From Gammaproteobacteria bacterium (GTDB taxonomy: Bacteria > Pseudomonadota > Gammaproteobacteria > Magnimaribacterales > AG-339-G14), in the NCBI GenBank assembly GCA_003331625.1, contig QOPF01000003.1, forward strand, positions 12,355 through 76,354: a DNA stretch of 64,000 bases, given 5' to 3'. Below the pieces are notes generated by a model. That model saw only the letters and a program-made list of their open reading frames with translations, was not told the origin of the DNA and did not search any database. How positions within the stretch are numbered: the stretch's first letter is position 1; every line of letters starts with the position of its first letter. Both the position numbers and the translations under genes were made by a program. Positions 10,872-22,639 of the stretch are shown here, piece after piece.

Positions 10872-13256
10872 TTAATGGGTTTCAAGCTTATCTTTTCTAG
10901 ATTTTTTTCTTGTAGAAGATTTGGATGAATTTTCAGACTTATCGTCCCATGATTTAGGTTTTTCAGTAAGAACTAGCTCAAAAACTTCGTCTATCCATTT
11001 AACTGGACGAATTTCTAATTTAGATTTTATCTTATCTGGAATCTCTCTTAAGTCTCCAACGTTACCTTCTGGTATTAAGACGGTTTTAATTCCTCCTCTT
11101 TTAGCAGCAAGTAACTTTTCTTTTAGGCCTCCAATCTTTAAAACTTCGCCTCTCAAAGTAATTTCTCCTGTCATCGCTACGTCAGCTCTAACTGGTATCT
11201 CTGATAAAACTGATGCAACTGCAGTGCACATTCCTATTCCAGCGCTAGGACCATCTTTAGGAGTTGCTCCTTCAGGCACGTGAATATGAAGATCTCTTAA
11301 TTCATGAAAATCAGGATTTATACCCAGAGATTCAGCTCTTGCTCTAATTACGGATATTGCTGCTTGAATAGACTCTTGCATAACCTCTCCCAATTTACCG
11401 GTTTTGATTATTTTTCCTTTCCCTTTAAACGCAGAAGCTTCAATAGTTAGAAGTTCGCCGCCTACTTGGGTCCAAGCTAATCCTGTTACTTGACCTATTC
11501 TGTCTTTATCTTTAGCTTCACCATAATCATATTTTTTTACACCAAGGATATCTTCAAGAATCTTTGGAGATACTTTTATTAATTTTTTTGTCTTTAAATC
11601 AGCAATTTTCTTTATAGTCTTTCTACAGATTTTTGCTATTTCACGTTCTAATGATCTAACCCCTGCTTCTCTCGTATAATATCTAATTACATCCAGAATA
11701 GAATTGTCAGAAATACTTATTTCTTTCTCATCTAAACCATTATTCTTAAGTTGTTTTTTTACCAAGTAATCCTTAGCAATGCTTAGTTTTTCATCCTCTG
11801 TGTATCCAGGTAGTCTAATTATTTCCATTCTGTCTAACAATGGAGCTGGGATATCCAATGAGTTTGCGGTACAAACGAACATTACATCTGATAAGTCATA
11901 ATCTACTTCTAAATAATGATCATTAAATGTGTGATTTTGTTCTGGATCTAAAACCTCGAGAAGTGCAGAAGATGGATCTCCTCTATAATCCATTCCCATT
12001 TTATCTATTTCATCTAAAAGAAATAAAGGGTTTTTTACTCCAACTTTTGACATTTTTTGAAGAATTTTTCCTGGCATTGATCCAATGTATGTTCTTCTGT
12101 GACCTCTAATTTCTGCCTCATCTCTTACACCTCCAAGAGATACTCTAGTGAATTTTCTTCCTGTAGCTCTGGCAATTGATTCGCCTAAAGAGGTTTTTCC
12201 AACACCTGGAGGTCCTACTAAGCATAAAACCGGTCCTTTTAGTTTTGAGACTCTTTTTTGAACTGCAAGATATTCTAAGATCCTTTCTTTGACTTCTTCT
12301 AAACCATGATGATCGGTCTCTAAGACTTTACTTGCATTTTCTATACTCTTTTGAATTTTTGATTTCTTTTTCCAAGGAATACTTGTCATCCAATCTATAT
12401 AGCCTCTAACTACTGAAGCTTCAGCTGACATTGGAGGCATCAATTTAAATTTGTTTAACTCTGTATTTACTTTTTCTTCAGCATCTTTGGGCATTCCTGA
12501 ATCAGCTATTTTTTTCTCGAGAATCTCTACTTCGTCATCAAGATCTTCTCCCTCGCCCATTTCTTTTTTTAGTGCCTTCATTTGCTCACTTAAGTAATAC
12601 TCTTTTTGGCTTTTTTCCATCTGTTTTTTAACTCTATTCCTGATTTTCTTTTCCATTTGTGTTAAATCTAATTGAGTTTCTAATAAGTTGACTAAATTTT
12701 TTGATCTTTCTTCAAGATCAAGTTCTTCCAAAAGGATTTGTCTATCAGCAATTGATATTGATAGATGTCCAACTAATGTATCTATTAATTTCTCTAGTCT
12801 TTCGACGGATCTAACTTGATTTGCAATTTCTGCTCTGATTTTTTGGGAGCTTTTAGAGAGTTCTCTAAACTGCGATTGCAAAGTATTTACATAACTTTTC
12901 TTTAAATCTTCGTCCATTTCAGAATCTTCAAGAATATCTACTTCTGCTTCTAAAATATCTTTTTTTGAAACCAACTCTTGAAGTCTTGCTCTTTTAATAC
13001 CCTCAACAAGAACTTTGTATGTACCATCCGGTAATTTTATAAGTTGTAAGATAGTTGAAACGGTGCCTATTTCGTATAAATCTTTTTTTTCTGGATTTTC
13101 AGTATTTGCTTCTCTCTGAGCTATCAACATAACTGATTTGTCATCTGACATAGCTTTTTGCAAAGAGTTGATAGAAGTATCTCTACCGACAAATAATGGA
13201 GTTACAACTCCTGGAAAAATAACTACATCTCTAAGTGGAACTAATGGAATATTCAT
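10872..13256 (-). CDS. lon: ATP-dependent protease La
   Basis: GPPGVGKTS Walker A, PKDGPSAG catalytic Ser, KIGGLKEK. Confidence 0.98.
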   Translation of the reverse strand: MNIPLVPLRDVVIFPGVVTPLFVGRDTSINSLQKAMSDDKSVMLIAQREANTENPEKKDLYEIGTVSTILQLIKLPDGTYKVLVEGIKRARLQELVSKKDILEAEVDILEDSEMDEDLKKSYVNTLQSQFRELSKSSQKIRAEIANQVRSVERLEKLIDTLVGHLSISIADRQILLEELDLEERSKNLVNLLETQLDLTQMEKKIRNRVKKQMEKSQKEYYLSEQMKALKKEMGEGEDLDDEVEILEKKIADSGMPKDAEEKVNTELNKFKLMPPMSAEASVVRGYIDWMTSIPWKKKSKIQKSIENASKVLETDHHGLEEVKERILEYLAVQKRVSKLKGPVLCLVGPPGVGKTSLGESIARATGRKFTRVSLGGVRDEAEIRGHRRTYIGSMPGKILQKMSKVGVKNPLFLLDEIDKMGMDYRGDPSSALLEVLDPEQNHTFNDHYLEVDYDLSDVMFVCTANSLDIPAPLLDRMEIIRLPGYTEDEKLSIAKDYLVKKQLKNNGLDEKEISISDNSILDVIRYYTREAGVRSLEREIAKICRKTIKKIADLKTKKLIKVSPKILEDILGVKKYDYGEAKDKDRIGQVTGLAWTQVGGELLTIEASAFKGKGKIIKTGKLGEVMQESIQAAISVIRARAESLGINPDFHELRDLHIHVPEGATPKDGPSAGIGMCTAVASVLSEIPVRADVAMTGEITLRGEVLKIGGLKEKLLAAKRGGIKTVLIPEGNVGDLREIPDKIKSKLEIRPVKWIDEVFELVLTEKPKSWDDKSENSSKSSTRKKSRKDKLETH

Positions 13257-13300
13257 AATTACCTCTAAATTTATATGAGGACTTCATTAAAAAAAACAAG

Positions 13301-14563
13301 TTAATGAGATTTTTTTGAGTCTAACTCTGTTTTGTATACCAAAAGCGGATTAGAATCACCTTTAATAGAGGAGCCATCTAAAACCACTTTTTCTAGATTT
13401 TCCAGGGAAGGTATTTCGTACATCGTATCTAAAAGAGAATTTTCTAGAATTGATCTCAAACCCCTTGCTCCAGTTTTCATCTTAATAGCTAATTTTGCTA
13501 TTTCGAGTAAAGCGTCGTCTCTAATATCTAGTTCCACATCTTCCATCTCAAAAAGTTTCTTAAATTGTTTGGCTAAAGAGTTTTTTGGCTCAGTTAAAAT
13601 TGTAATCAATGATTCTTCATCAAGCTCCTCTAAAGTTGCCATTACGGGTAATCTCCCAACAAATTCAGGAATAAGGCCGTATTTAATTAAATCTTCAGGC
13701 TGAGAATTTTTTATTACTTCAGAATCAAACCCTCTTGTCTTCTTAGAAACTGAAGCTTCAAAGCCCATTCCTCTCTCCTCCGATCTTGCTTTGATTATTT
13801 CTTCTAGACCCGAAAATGCTCCTCCACAAATAAATAATATATTTGAGGTATCGACCTGTAAAAATTCTTGTTGTGGATGCTTTCTTCCACCTTGAGGTGG
13901 AACAGAGGCCGTTGTGCCTTCTACTAATTTAAGAAGAGCTTGTTGTACTCCTTCTCCAGATACATCTCTTGTTATAGATGGGTTATCAGATTTTCTAGAA
14001 ATCTTATCTATTTCATCAATATAAACTATTCCTACTTGAGCCTTTTCAACATCATAGTCACATTTCTGTAAAAGCTTCTGGATTATATTTTCTACATCTT
14101 CTCCAACGTATCCGGCCTCAGTAAGGGTAGTCGCATCAGCAATTGTAAATGGAACGTCTAGAAGTCTTGCTAAGGTCTGTGCTAGAAGAGTTTTACCGCT
14201 ACCAGTAGGTCCTAAAAGAAGAATATTACTTTTTCCTAATTCAACGTCATCAGATGATGTTTTAGAATTTTTAAGTTTTTTATAGTGGTTATATACAGCT
14301 ACAGATAATGTCTTTTTTGCAGATTCCTGTCCAATAACGTAATCATCTAAAATAGATTTTATTTCTTCCGGTATAGGGAGTTTGTCTTCTTCGACATCTT
14401 TAGGCGATTCTGCTAAATCTTCTTTAATAATATCATTACAAAGAGAAACACATTCATCACAAATATAAACAGATGGTCCTGCAATTAACTTTTTTACTTC
14501 AGATTGATTCTTTCCACAAAAAGAACAAAATAGTTTTTTATCAGCTTCCTGTTTCTCAGACAT
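13301..14563 (-). CDS. clpX: ClpX ATPase
   Basis: C4 zinc finger CSFCGK...[15 protein letters not shown] loop. Confidence 0.98.
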   Translation of the reverse strand: MSEKQEADKKLFCSFCGKNQSEVKKLIAGPSVYICDECVSLCNDIIKEDLAESPKDVEEDKLPIPEEIKSILDDYVIGQESAKKTLSVAVYNHYKKLKNSKTSSDDVELGKSNILLLGPTGSGKTLLAQTLARLLDVPFTIADATTLTEAGYVGEDVENIIQKLLQKCDYDVEKAQVGIVYIDEIDKISRKSDNPSITRDVSGEGVQQALLKLVEGTTASVPPQGGRKHPQQEFLQVDTSNILFICGGAFSGLEEIIKARSEERGMGFEASVSKKTRGFDSEVIKNSQPEDLIKYGLIPEFVGRLPVMATLEELDEESLITILTEPKNSLAKQFKKLFEMEDVELDIRDDALLEIAKLAIKMKTGARGLRSILENSLLDTMYEIPSLENLEKVVLDGSSIKGDSNPLLVYKTELDSKKSH

Positions 14564-14565
14564 TT

Positions 14566-15168
14566 TTATTTTTCTCTTTTTTCTATTACCTTATCTATTA
14601 AACCATATTTAGCAGCTTCTTCGCCGCTCATAAAATTATCTCTTTCTGTGTCTTTTATAACTTGGTCGATTTTTTGTCCACTATGTAGAGACAGTATTTC
14701 ATTCAATTTAGTTTTTATTTTTAAAATTTCTTGGGCATGTATCTCAATATCTGTTGCTTGACCTTGGAATCCTCCAAGAGGCTGATGAATCATAACTCGT
14801 GAATTAGGAAGAGCAAACCTCTTGCCTTTCGTTCCTCCAGTTAAAAGAATTGCTCCCATACTTGAAGCTTGACCGATACACAAAGTGCTAATATCAGGTT
14901 TTATATAAGACATAGTATCGTAAATGGACATTCCTGATGTAACGGAGCCTCCAGGAGAATTAATGTATATGTTGATATCTTTTTCAGGATTTTCAGCTTC
15001 TAAAAAAAGAAGTTGAGCAACTATAAGATTTGCCATGTAGTCCTCTATTGGACCTGTGATAAAAATTACTCTTTCCTTCAAAAGTCTTGAATATATGTCA
15101 AAGGCTCTTTCTCCTCTCGGAGTTTGCTCCACAACCATTGGAACTAATTGATTTTTAATTTCACTCAT
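14566..15168 (-). CDS. clpP: ClpP protease subunit
   Basis: [23 protein letters not shown] and MIHQP motifs. Confidence 0.98.
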   Translation of the reverse strand: MSEIKNQLVPMVVEQTPRGERAFDIYSRLLKERVIFITGPIEDYMANLIVAQLLFLEAENPEKDINIYINSPGGSVTSGMSIYDTMSYIKPDISTLCIGQASSMGAILLTGGTKGKRFALPNSRVMIHQPLGGFQGQATDIEIHAQEILKIKTKLNEILSLHSGQKIDQVIKDTERDNFMSGEEAAKYGLIDKVIEKREK

Positions 15169-15177
15169 AAATATAAT

Positions 15178-16473
15178 TTAACCCATTGAAACAACTTCTT
15201 CAAAACTTAACTCTTCTTCATCAATCTTTGATTTAATTTCTAAATACTCTGCTACTTTATCTTCTAACACAAGAGACTCAACATTTTTTAGCTGTTCTTC
15301 ATTACCATATATCCAATTGACATATTGATCAGGATCTTTAAAGGACTTTGCTTTAGCTTCTACTTCTTTTTTTAAAGAATCACTGTCGACCTTGATATCA
15401 TTTTCTTCAATTAATTTATTGATTAAGACTCCTAGTCTTACTCTTTTGAGTGCATTTTCTTTAAAACCATCTATGGGTAATTGTCCTTCTTCAAGTTTTT
15501 CATGATCCATACCCATTTGCTGAGCTGAGCTTTTTCTCAAATTATTAGCCTCTGCTATTATCATGCTATTAGGAATATCAATTTTATTTGAACTTTCAAA
15601 AGCATCGAAAATTCTTTGCTTCGTTTTAGATTTTAAATTCGCTTCTAAGTCATTTTGAAGTTGCTCTTTAATTTTTGTCTCAAATTCATCTTTAGTTTTA
15701 ACTTCCATTCCAATGGATTTAAAAAATTCTTCATTTAATTCTGGCATTACCATTTTAGAAACTTCTGTAACCGTAATATTAAAAATTACTTTTTTTCCTT
15801 TCAAATTTTCAGCTTGATAGTCTTCTGGGAAAGTTACTTCTATCTCTTTAAAATCATCTGCCTTCATTCCTACTATTTGATCTTCAAAACCCGGGATCAT
15901 AGTATTTGAACCCAACTCAAGAGAATAATCCTTTGCTTCACCGCCATCAAATTTCTCACCATCTAAAAAGCCTTCAAAATCAATTTTAACAAAATCTCCA
16001 TCTTTGCTTATCTCATTTACCGGTTCAGCTTTTCCATATCTTTTTCTTACAAGATCAGTAGCTTTTTCGATATCTTTTTTGTCTAGTTTCGAAATTGGTT
16101 TTTTAAACGAAAGTGGTCCCATTTTTGTCAAAGAAAAATCTGGATATACCTCATAGGAAACCTCAAATTTTATATCTTTTTTAAAATCAAAAGATTCTGG
16201 AGAAAAACTTGGCTGTCCAACGACAGGGATTTTTTCATCTGTAATTTTTTTATAAAAAAGATCGCCCATTTTATCCATAATTAGTCTTTGCGTAATTTGA
16301 TCTCCATAATAATTTTCTATTACTTCTAGAGGAGCTTTTCCCTTTCTAAAACCTTTCAAATCTGATTTGGATTGTTGTTCTACAAGTCTTTTTTGAAAAT
16401 CGTTTTTTAACTCATTTTTATCGATTTTAAGTTTTACTTTCTTTTCTAGATTATTTTTTTTTGTTCCAAACAT
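15178..16473 (-). CDS. tig: Trigger factor
   Basis: GFRKGKAP ribosome-binding motif, FKBP domain (FDGG, MIPGFE, FPEDYQ); upstream of clpP. Confidence 0.95.
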   Translation of the reverse strand: MFGTKKNNLEKKVKLKIDKNELKNDFQKRLVEQQSKSDLKGFRKGKAPLEVIENYYGDQITQRLIMDKMGDLFYKKITDEKIPVVGQPSFSPESFDFKKDIKFEVSYEVYPDFSLTKMGPLSFKKPISKLDKKDIEKATDLVRKRYGKAEPVNEISKDGDFVKIDFEGFLDGEKFDGGEAKDYSLELGSNTMIPGFEDQIVGMKADDFKEIEVTFPEDYQAENLKGKKVIFNITVTEVSKMVMPELNEEFFKSIGMEVKTKDEFETKIKEQLQNDLEANLKSKTKQRIFDAFESSNKIDIPNSMIIAEANNLRKSSAQQMGMDHEKLEEGQLPIDGFKENALKRVRLGVLINKLIEENDIKVDSDSLKKEVEAKAKSFKDPDQYVNWIYGNEEQLKNVESLVLEDKVAEYLEIKSKIDEEELSFEEVVSMG

Positions 16474-16490
16474 ATCTTCCTTCTAATAAT

Positions 16491-16567
16491 TGGGGTGGGC
16501 GATGGGGCTCGAACCCACGACAACCGGTACCACAAACCAGTGCTCTACCAACTGAGCTACGCCCACC
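16491..16567 (-). tRNA. tRNA-His (GTG)
   Basis: Cloverleaf on minus strand, anticodon loop TTGTGGT, G-1, GTTCGA T-loop, encoded CCA. Confidence 0.96.
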
Positions 16568-16572
16568 ATTAA

Positions 16573-16649
16573 TGGCCTCCCGGGCAGGATTCGAACCTGC
16601 GACCCTCTGCTTAGAAGGCAGATGCTCTATCCAGCTGAGCTACCGGGAG
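16573..16649 (-). tRNA. tRNA-Arg (TCT)
   Basis: CTCCCGG/CCGGGAG acceptor stem, anticodon loop CTTCTAA, GTTCGAATC, CCA. Confidence 0.96.
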
Positions 16650-16691
16650 TTAATTTTTTTGCTATTGTATAAAAATACTAACGAATAGTCT

Positions 16692-17498
16692 TTATTTACC
16701 AAAATCTACTGCTTTACCAAATAAAAATCTTAATATTTTGTTTGGTATAAATTTTGAGATAAAAATCATTGTTCGATTAAAGCCGCCTCTCACAACAAAG
16801 ATTTCTTTTCCGTTTAAACATGCATCGACACCTTGTTTTGCAACGTCTTTTCCAGACATTAAAAATAGTGACGGCACATCAGAATACTGCATTTTGAATC
16901 CTGCTCTTTTATTAAAACCAGTTTCAGTGAATCCTGGACAAAGAGCGCAAGTATGAACATTGTGCTTCTTATAAGTACTATTTAGAGTAATTGTGAATTC
17001 ATTCACAAAGTTTTTAATATTTCCATAAATACCAATAGCCCCGCTTCCGCTTGGAATAATTCCCGCAATAGAAGACACCTGAAGTATTTTTCCTGATTTC
17101 CTTACCTTCATGTCTTGAATGAATAACCTAGTTAATTTCACTAAAGAATTCATTAAAACATTCAAAAAATCATCTAATTTTTCTAAATCATAAGTATCGA
17201 AATCTTCAGTAAAGCCATACCCTGCGTTGTTTACTAAAAAATCAATACTTAAATTTTTTTCTTTACAATAATTATAAATTTCTTGTGGACTTTTTGGGTC
17301 AGATAAATCTTTAATCAAAATTAAAACGGTAGACTTGGAATTGCTTTCTATTTCATCTTTTAATTTTTTTAGATTCTCTTCTCTTCTAGCAGAAACAATA
17401 ATTCTCATATCAAATTGTGAAATATACTTAACAATCTCATATCCAATACCAGAAGAAGCACCAGTTACTAGTGCGGTTTTATTATATAAATAAGTCAT
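16692..17498 (-). CDS. Short-chain dehydrogenase/reductase
   Basis: TGASSGIG, NNAG and YxxxK (YGNIK) motifs; start reassigned to ATG at 17498 because the longer ORF reads through tRNA-Pro. Confidence 0.88.
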   Translation of the reverse strand: MTYLYNKTALVTGASSGIGYEIVKYISQFDMRIIVSARREENLKKLKDEIESNSKSTVLILIKDLSDPKSPQEIYNYCKEKNLSIDFLVNNAGYGFTEDFDTYDLEKLDDFLNVLMNSLVKLTRLFIQDMKVRKSGKILQVSSIAGIIPSGSGAIGIYGNIKNFVNEFTITLNSTYKKHNVHTCALCPGFTETGFNKRAGFKMQYSDVPSLFLMSGKDVAKQGVDACLNGKEIFVVRGGFNRTMIFISKFIPNKILRFLFGKAVDFGK

Positions 17499-17505
17499 AA
17501 CTTTT

Positions 17506-17582
17506 TGGTCGGGGTGGAGGGATTTGAACCCCCGACATCCTGCTCCCAAAGCAGGCGCGCTACCAGGCTGCGCTACACCCCG
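17506..17582 (-). tRNA. tRNA-Pro (TGG)
   Basis: CGGGGTG/CACCCCG acceptor stem, anticodon loop TTTGGGA, GTTCAAATC, CCA. Confidence 0.96.
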
Positions 17583-17621
17583 TTAATTTTTTTTTAAGGG
17601 GTGGTATCATAACAAATAACA

Positions 17622-18467
17622 ATGACGATAGTACTTGATGGAAAAAAATTATCTTTAGAATCAGAAAAAGATTTTTCTTCTCGCGTAAAAAAAATTCATT
17701 TAAATACAAACTCCATACCGATACTTGCGACCATTCTTGTAGGTAATGATCCTGCCTCAAATACATATGTAAAAATGAAAGGAAATGCTTGCAAAAGAAT
17801 TGGAATGGACTCTCTTAAAATAGAACTAGAAGAAAAAACAACAACCGATGAGTTAAGGGAAAAAATAATTGAACTTAATAATAATGATGATGTACATGGA
17901 ATTTTGTTACAACATCCTGTTCCAGATCATATCGATGAGAGATCTTGTTTTGATGCGATAGATATTCGAAAAGACGTAGATGGCGTTACCAGTTTAGGAT
18001 TTGGTAGGATGAGCATGCAAGAAAGGGCTTTTGGATCTTGTACCCCGTTTGGAATAATGCGTCTTTTGAAGGAATATAAAATTGATATAGAAGGTAAATC
18101 TGCTGTTGTAGTTGGAAGAAGCCCTATTCTAGGAAAGCCAATGGCAATGATGTTACTTAATGAGAATGCTACTGTGACAATTTGTCATTCAAAGACACAA
18201 AAACTATCTGAAAAAGTTTCAGAGGCAGATATTATTGTTGGTGCCGTTGGCATACCAAAATTCATTAAAGGAGAATGGATTAAAGATGGTGCTGTAGTAA
18301 TTGATGCAGGTTATCATCCAGAGAAATGTGGAGATATTGATCTAGAAAATATAATTCCAAGATGTTCTGCTTATACCCCAGTTCCAGGTGGTGTGGGTCC
18401 AATGACCATTAATACTCTTATTATGCAAACTCTCCAAAGTTGTGAAAACTATTTAGAGCTTGATTGA
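17622..18467 (+). CDS. folD: Methylenetetrahydrofolate dehydrogenase/cyclohydrolase
   Basis: [25 protein letters not shown] and [11 protein letters not shown] motifs. Confidence 0.97.
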   Translation: MTIVLDGKKLSLESEKDFSSRVKKIHLNTNSIPILATILVGNDPASNTYVKMKGNACKRIGMDSLKIELEEKTTTDELREKIIELNNNDDVHGILLQHPVPDHIDERSCFDAIDIRKDVDGVTSLGFGRMSMQERAFGSCTPFGIMRLLKEYKIDIEGKSAVVVGRSPILGKPMAMMLLNENATVTICHSKTQKLSEKVSEADIIVGAVGIPKFIKGEWIKDGAVVIDAGYHPEKCGDIDLENIIPRCSAYTPVPGGVGPMTINTLIMQTLQSCENYLELD

Positions 18468-20005
18468 TCTTTCCAATATTCGTCTTTTAAAAGTCTCTTA
18501 TAAAGTTTTCCTGTTGGGTGTCTAGGTAATTCTTCTCTAAAATCTATCGATTTAGGACACTTAACATGAGAAATGTTATCTCTGCAGTAAGCCATCAATT
18601 CAGCCTCAAGATCATCTCCAATAGAGCTCATATCAGCTGGCTGAACTACTGCCTTTACTTCTTCACCCATTTCTTCATTTGGAACTCCAAAAACGGCTAC
18701 ATCTGATACCTTAGGATGCATGATAAGAGTATCTTCTGTTTCCTTTGGATAAATATTTACACCTCCAGAAATAATCATAAATGCTTTTCTGTCTGTTAAG
18801 TAAAGGTAACCTTCATCATCTAGATAGCCAATATCTCCTAGCGTCGTATAACCTTGTTTTGATGTAGCGCCTTTAGTCTTTTCTTTATCGTTATGATAAG
18901 AAAAGCCGTTAGCTGTAGGACCTTCAAAATAAATAGTGCCCTCTTCTCCCATAGGGACTTCATTTTGATCATCATCTAAAATATGAATTGGGCCAAGAAG
19001 AGATTTACCTACTGTTCCCTTATGACCAAGCCACTCTTCGGAATTGCAAGCTACAAAACCATTAAATTCAGTTCCAGCATAATATTCATGAATTATCGGC
19101 CCCCACCAATCAATCATCTTTTCTTTGACTTCTACTGGACATGGTGCTGCTGCATGGATAGCAATTTGATGAGAAGATAAATCATATTTGCTATAGATTT
19201 CAGAATCACTTTTAAGGAAACGAACAAACATTGTAGGTACCCACTGGCTATGAGTGACCTTATATTTTTCTATGGCTGACAAAGCAACATCCGGGTCGAA
19301 TTTTTCTAAAATTATACTGGTTGCTCCTAAAGCTAAAAAACCTGTATTAAAACCCATTGGGGCTGAATGATACAAAGGAGCTGGTGATAAATAAATTGAA
19401 TCTTCGTTAGCTGAATACAAACCCTGTACTACTCTTGTGAGTCCCAAGTCATCATCTTCTGCTTTGTAAGGTAATGGACTTAAATTTATTTCTCTGCTGA
19501 CACCTTTAGGTTTTCCAGTAGTTCCTGAAGAATAGAGCATTGCAGCTCCTTGACATTCATCTTCAATCGCACTGACTGGCATTTTACTAATTTCTGTTTC
19601 AAAAGATTTAAAGTCATCGGTCGACCCATCAAGCATGAACTTATGAACTCCTTGTAATGATTTAGACAAAGATTTAGCAGATTCTTCTAAAAATTTACTA
19701 GTTATGAAAACTTTAGCATTACAATCACTGACGATATATTCTACTTCGCTAGGCTGTAGCCTCCAGCTTATAGCGGTATATTTCAATCCACTTCTATAGG
19801 CAGCAAAAGCAATTGGGAAAAAAAGCTTATGGTTTTCCATCATAAAAGCGAGGCTATCTCCTGGTTTTAAGCCAAGAGATCTAAATAATTGTGCTCCCTG
19901 ATTTGAAAGTTCATTCAACTCTTGATGAGTTATAACTTCCCCACTTCCAGCCATGATAATTGCCGGTTTATCTTTAAATTTTGGTCCGTTTATTCCTGGA
20001 TGCAT
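18449..20005 (-). CDS. Acyl-CoA synthetase (AMP-binding)
   Basis: [28 protein letters not shown] and PTGKLYKR motifs. Confidence 0.92.
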   Translation of the reverse strand: MHPGINGPKFKDKPAIIMAGSGEVITHQELNELSNQGAQLFRSLGLKPGDSLAFMMENHKLFFPIAFAAYRSGLKYTAISWRLQPSEVEYIVSDCNAKVFITSKFLEESAKSLSKSLQGVHKFMLDGSTDDFKSFETEISKMPVSAIEDECQGAAMLYSSGTTGKPKGVSREINLSPLPYKAEDDDLGLTRVVQGLYSANEDSIYLSPAPLYHSAPMGFNTGFLALGATSIILEKFDPDVALSAIEKYKVTHSQWVPTMFVRFLKSDSEIYSKYDLSSHQIAIHAAAPCPVEVKEKMIDWWGPIIHEYYAGTEFNGFVACNSEEWLGHKGTVGKSLLGPIHILDDDQNEVPMGEEGTIYFEGPTANGFSYHNDKEKTKGATSKQGYTTLGDIGYLDDEGYLYLTDRKAFMIISGGVNIYPKETEDTLIMHPKVSDVAVFGVPNEEMGEEVKAVVQPADMSSIGDDLEAELMAYCRDNISHVKCPKSIDFREELPRHPTGKLYKRLLKDEYWKDQSSSK

Positions 20006-20062
20006 GTCCTCTCCTATAAATAATGTAAAATTAAAGCATAGTTTTATTTAAATAAAAATTAG

Positions 20063-21712
20063 ATGCTAGATTTAAAAAGGTTTCCAGTTATTTGCAGTGT
20101 CGGAGGAATTAATTCAGCCGGACGCTCATCTTTTAATTTTTCTTACAAAAGATTGATTATAGAAAACCTTAATAAAGAAAAAAAAATAGAATTATTAAAA
20201 GATTTAAATAATCTCACAAATGGAAAAATAACATCAGAAATAGATATTTTAAATAAAACATTGGTTAGAAAAATTAATTCTGATCTTTATGATCCTGAAC
20301 TTTTAATGGCAGATGTTATGAAAGTTAACGCTGCAGGACAATTACCGGAAGGCATTGATATATCTAGGATGTACAACTCGAGACAGCATCCTAAAGGTAT
20401 TCAAATGACCATCTTTGGAGTAACCGACTGCCTAAAAAATATTGGAAAAGATTGGGATAATGAAATCAAGCCTTATATAAACCCAAAAAGAATAGGAGTA
20501 TTTTCTGGACCTGCTATTGGGCAATTAGACTATGAAGGTATGGGCGGCCTTCTTCAATCAAGAAAAATTGGTAAAAGGGCTACTTCTAAACACTTATCTA
20601 TGTCACTTATTGGGATGTCTGCTGATTTTATTAATGCATATATTTTAGGTTCCTTAGGAAAAACTGGAACTGTTGCTGGAGCTTGCGCTACCTTTCTTTA
20701 CAATTTGGATCTTGCTCTTAAAGGTATTAAAAATAATGAATTAGATTTTACTATTGTTGGTTCTTCTGAGGCTCCAATTAATCCAGAAATTACTGATGGG
20801 TTTCTTGCCACAACTGGAATTGCAGATGATAAAAAAATACTTGAAATGCAAAAAAGAAATGGTGAAGGTGATAATGAAATTAATTACAGGAATTCTTGTA
20901 GGCCCTTTGGAGATAATGCTGGAATGATTTTAGGAGAAGGAGCACAATTTGTTGCAGTAACTACTTTGGAATTTGCACTGGAAAAAGGGTTGCAAATTTT
21001 AGGAGGATTTACAGACGTTGCAATAAATGCTGATGGGTTTAAAAAATCGATAAGTTCACCCGGAATTGGAAATTATTTAACGATGGCACAATCGCTATCA
21101 AATACGATGAAAATTGGATGTTCATTAAAAAATTCTATGGTTGTAGCTCATGGAACTGGTACCTTCCAAAATAGAAGTACCGAATCTGATGTACTGAATA
21201 AAGTTGCAGAAGGCTTTGAATTAAAAGATTGGAAAGTTACTGCACTTAAAGGAATGTTGGGTCACACAATGGGTCCTGCAGCTGGGGATGAGCTAATGGT
21301 TGCACTAGGAATATGGAATCAAGGAATAATTCCTGGTATTAATACAACTAATAAACTTGCTCAGGATGTATCTTCAGAAAATTTAAAATTCTGCTTAGAA
21401 AATACTGAGGTTGAAAAAGAAACAATTGATACTATCTTTCTAAACGCTAAAGGTTTTGGAGGAAACAATGGTTCCTGTGGAGTGGTTAGTCCTTATTTTA
21501 TTGAATCTCTGCTTGATAAAAAAACTTTAGACAAGCATAAGACAATGGTTTCAGAAACAAATTATGCTAGGGAAGAATACTTTGAACAAAGTATAAATGG
21601 CTCATATGAGTTAATTTATAAATCCAATGAGGAAATTCTTGATCCTGATATCGATATGACAATATCAAAAGATAGAGTTACTTTAAAAAACTTTAAAGAT
21701 ATTGATCTTTAA
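20063..21712 (+). CDS. Beta-ketoacyl synthase, FabY-like
   Basis: GGINSAGRSS, AAGQLP, GACATFLYN catalytic Cys, AHGTGT and LGHT His residues, typical of the Pseudomonas FabY family. Confidence 0.82.
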   Translation: MLDLKRFPVICSVGGINSAGRSSFNFSYKRLIIENLNKEKKIELLKDLNNLTNGKITSEIDILNKTLVRKINSDLYDPELLMADVMKVNAAGQLPEGIDISRMYNSRQHPKGIQMTIFGVTDCLKNIGKDWDNEIKPYINPKRIGVFSGPAIGQLDYEGMGGLLQSRKIGKRATSKHLSMSLIGMSADFINAYILGSLGKTGTVAGACATFLYNLDLALKGIKNNELDFTIVGSSEAPINPEITDGFLATTGIADDKKILEMQKRNGEGDNEINYRNSCRPFGDNAGMILGEGAQFVAVTTLEFALEKGLQILGGFTDVAINADGFKKSISSPGIGNYLTMAQSLSNTMKIGCSLKNSMVVAHGTGTFQNRSTESDVLNKVAEGFELKDWKVTALKGMLGHTMGPAAGDELMVALGIWNQGIIPGINTTNKLAQDVSSENLKFCLENTEVEKETIDTIFLNAKGFGGNNGSCGVVSPYFIESLLDKKTLDKHKTMVSETNYAREEYFEQSINGSYELIYKSNEEILDPDIDMTISKDRVTLKNFKDIDL

Positions 21713-21713
21713 T

Positions 21714-22616
21714 TTATCTGTCTAAAGGCTTGTCTTTTGGAAATAGCCTTCTTATTAATGGTATTAAAGGTAGGAGATAGATATATTTTTTCGGAAAAAA
21801 CCTTTGTATCCTGTCATACCATTTGGCATCTGCTCCAACTAAAATTCTTTTATTCTTTTTTCTAATATTATTTAAAATAATTTTTGCAGCTGTATTTGCA
21901 TTTACAGGAGCCTGATTCTTGAATAATTGTCCTACTTCTTCTTTAGTTTGAGCTTTTGGACCAAATATATTTGGTCTCTCATCTTGTTGATCAAGATCAA
22001 TGTCTAACTTATCATTTTCTACTCCGTAGTTAGCTATATTTGTTCCTATATGACCTGGATGCACTGAGTAAACCTCAACTGGAGAATTTTCCATTTTCAT
22101 CTCTAAAGCCAATGATTCTGTAAAAGCTCGAACTCCATATTTTCCAACATGATAAATAGACTGTGTTGGAACTGCTAAGAGACCAAAAATAGAGGATGTA
22201 TTAACAATTGCAGCTTCAGGTCTTTCTTTTAAGTGTGGCAAAAAAGCTCTTGTTCCATTTATTACCCCATGAAGAAGAACACCCAAACCCCAATCCCAAT
22301 CTTCATCAGTTGAATTTTCTACCGTTTGAGATAAGGCAACTCCTGCATTATTAAAAACCATGTCTACAGCACCATGTTCATCAATCACCTTTTGGGGTAA
22401 TGCAAAGATTGCCTGTTTATCACTAACATCAATAACATGTTTAGAAACACCAACATTATATTTTTTTAGTAATTCAGCAGTTTCGTTTAATGTGTCTTCA
22501 TTCCACTCGGCTAGTGCAATATTTGCTCCTGACTGAGCAAGTTCAATTGCTAGCTCTCTACCCATTCCTGATCCAGCACCAGTAATAACAGCTACTTTCC
22601 CTGTAAAATCTTTCAT
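21714..22616 (-). CDS. Short-chain dehydrogenase/reductase
   Basis: TGAGSGMG, FNNAGV, YHVGK and VHPGHI.TNI motifs. Confidence 0.9.
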   Translation of the reverse strand: MKDFTGKVAVITGAGSGMGRELAIELAQSGANIALAEWNEDTLNETAELLKKYNVGVSKHVIDVSDKQAIFALPQKVIDEHGAVDMVFNNAGVALSQTVENSTDEDWDWGLGVLLHGVINGTRAFLPHLKERPEAAIVNTSSIFGLLAVPTQSIYHVGKYGVRAFTESLALEMKMENSPVEVYSVHPGHIGTNIANYGVENDKLDIDLDQQDERPNIFGPKAQTKEEVGQLFKNQAPVNANTAAKIILNNIRKKNKRILVGADAKWYDRIQRFFPKKYIYLLPLIPLIRRLFPKDKPLDR

Positions 22617-22639
22617 AAAATTCTCCCTATGAAGATAGA

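Noticed and set aside
10921-13703. Antisense ORFs of 60-123 aa within lon and clpX, and similar shadow ORFs elsewhere (e.g. 26263-27426, 62151-62717)
   Set aside because: They lie fully opposite well-conserved genes, have no RBS or motifs, and are expected from codon bias
16461-16688. 75-aa ORF on the + strand
   Set aside because: It is the antisense reading of tRNA-His and tRNA-Arg
17499-17549. N-terminal extension of the SDR (MGAGCRGFKSLHPDQKV)
   Set aside because: It reads through tRNA-Pro; the SDR fold begins at ATG 17498
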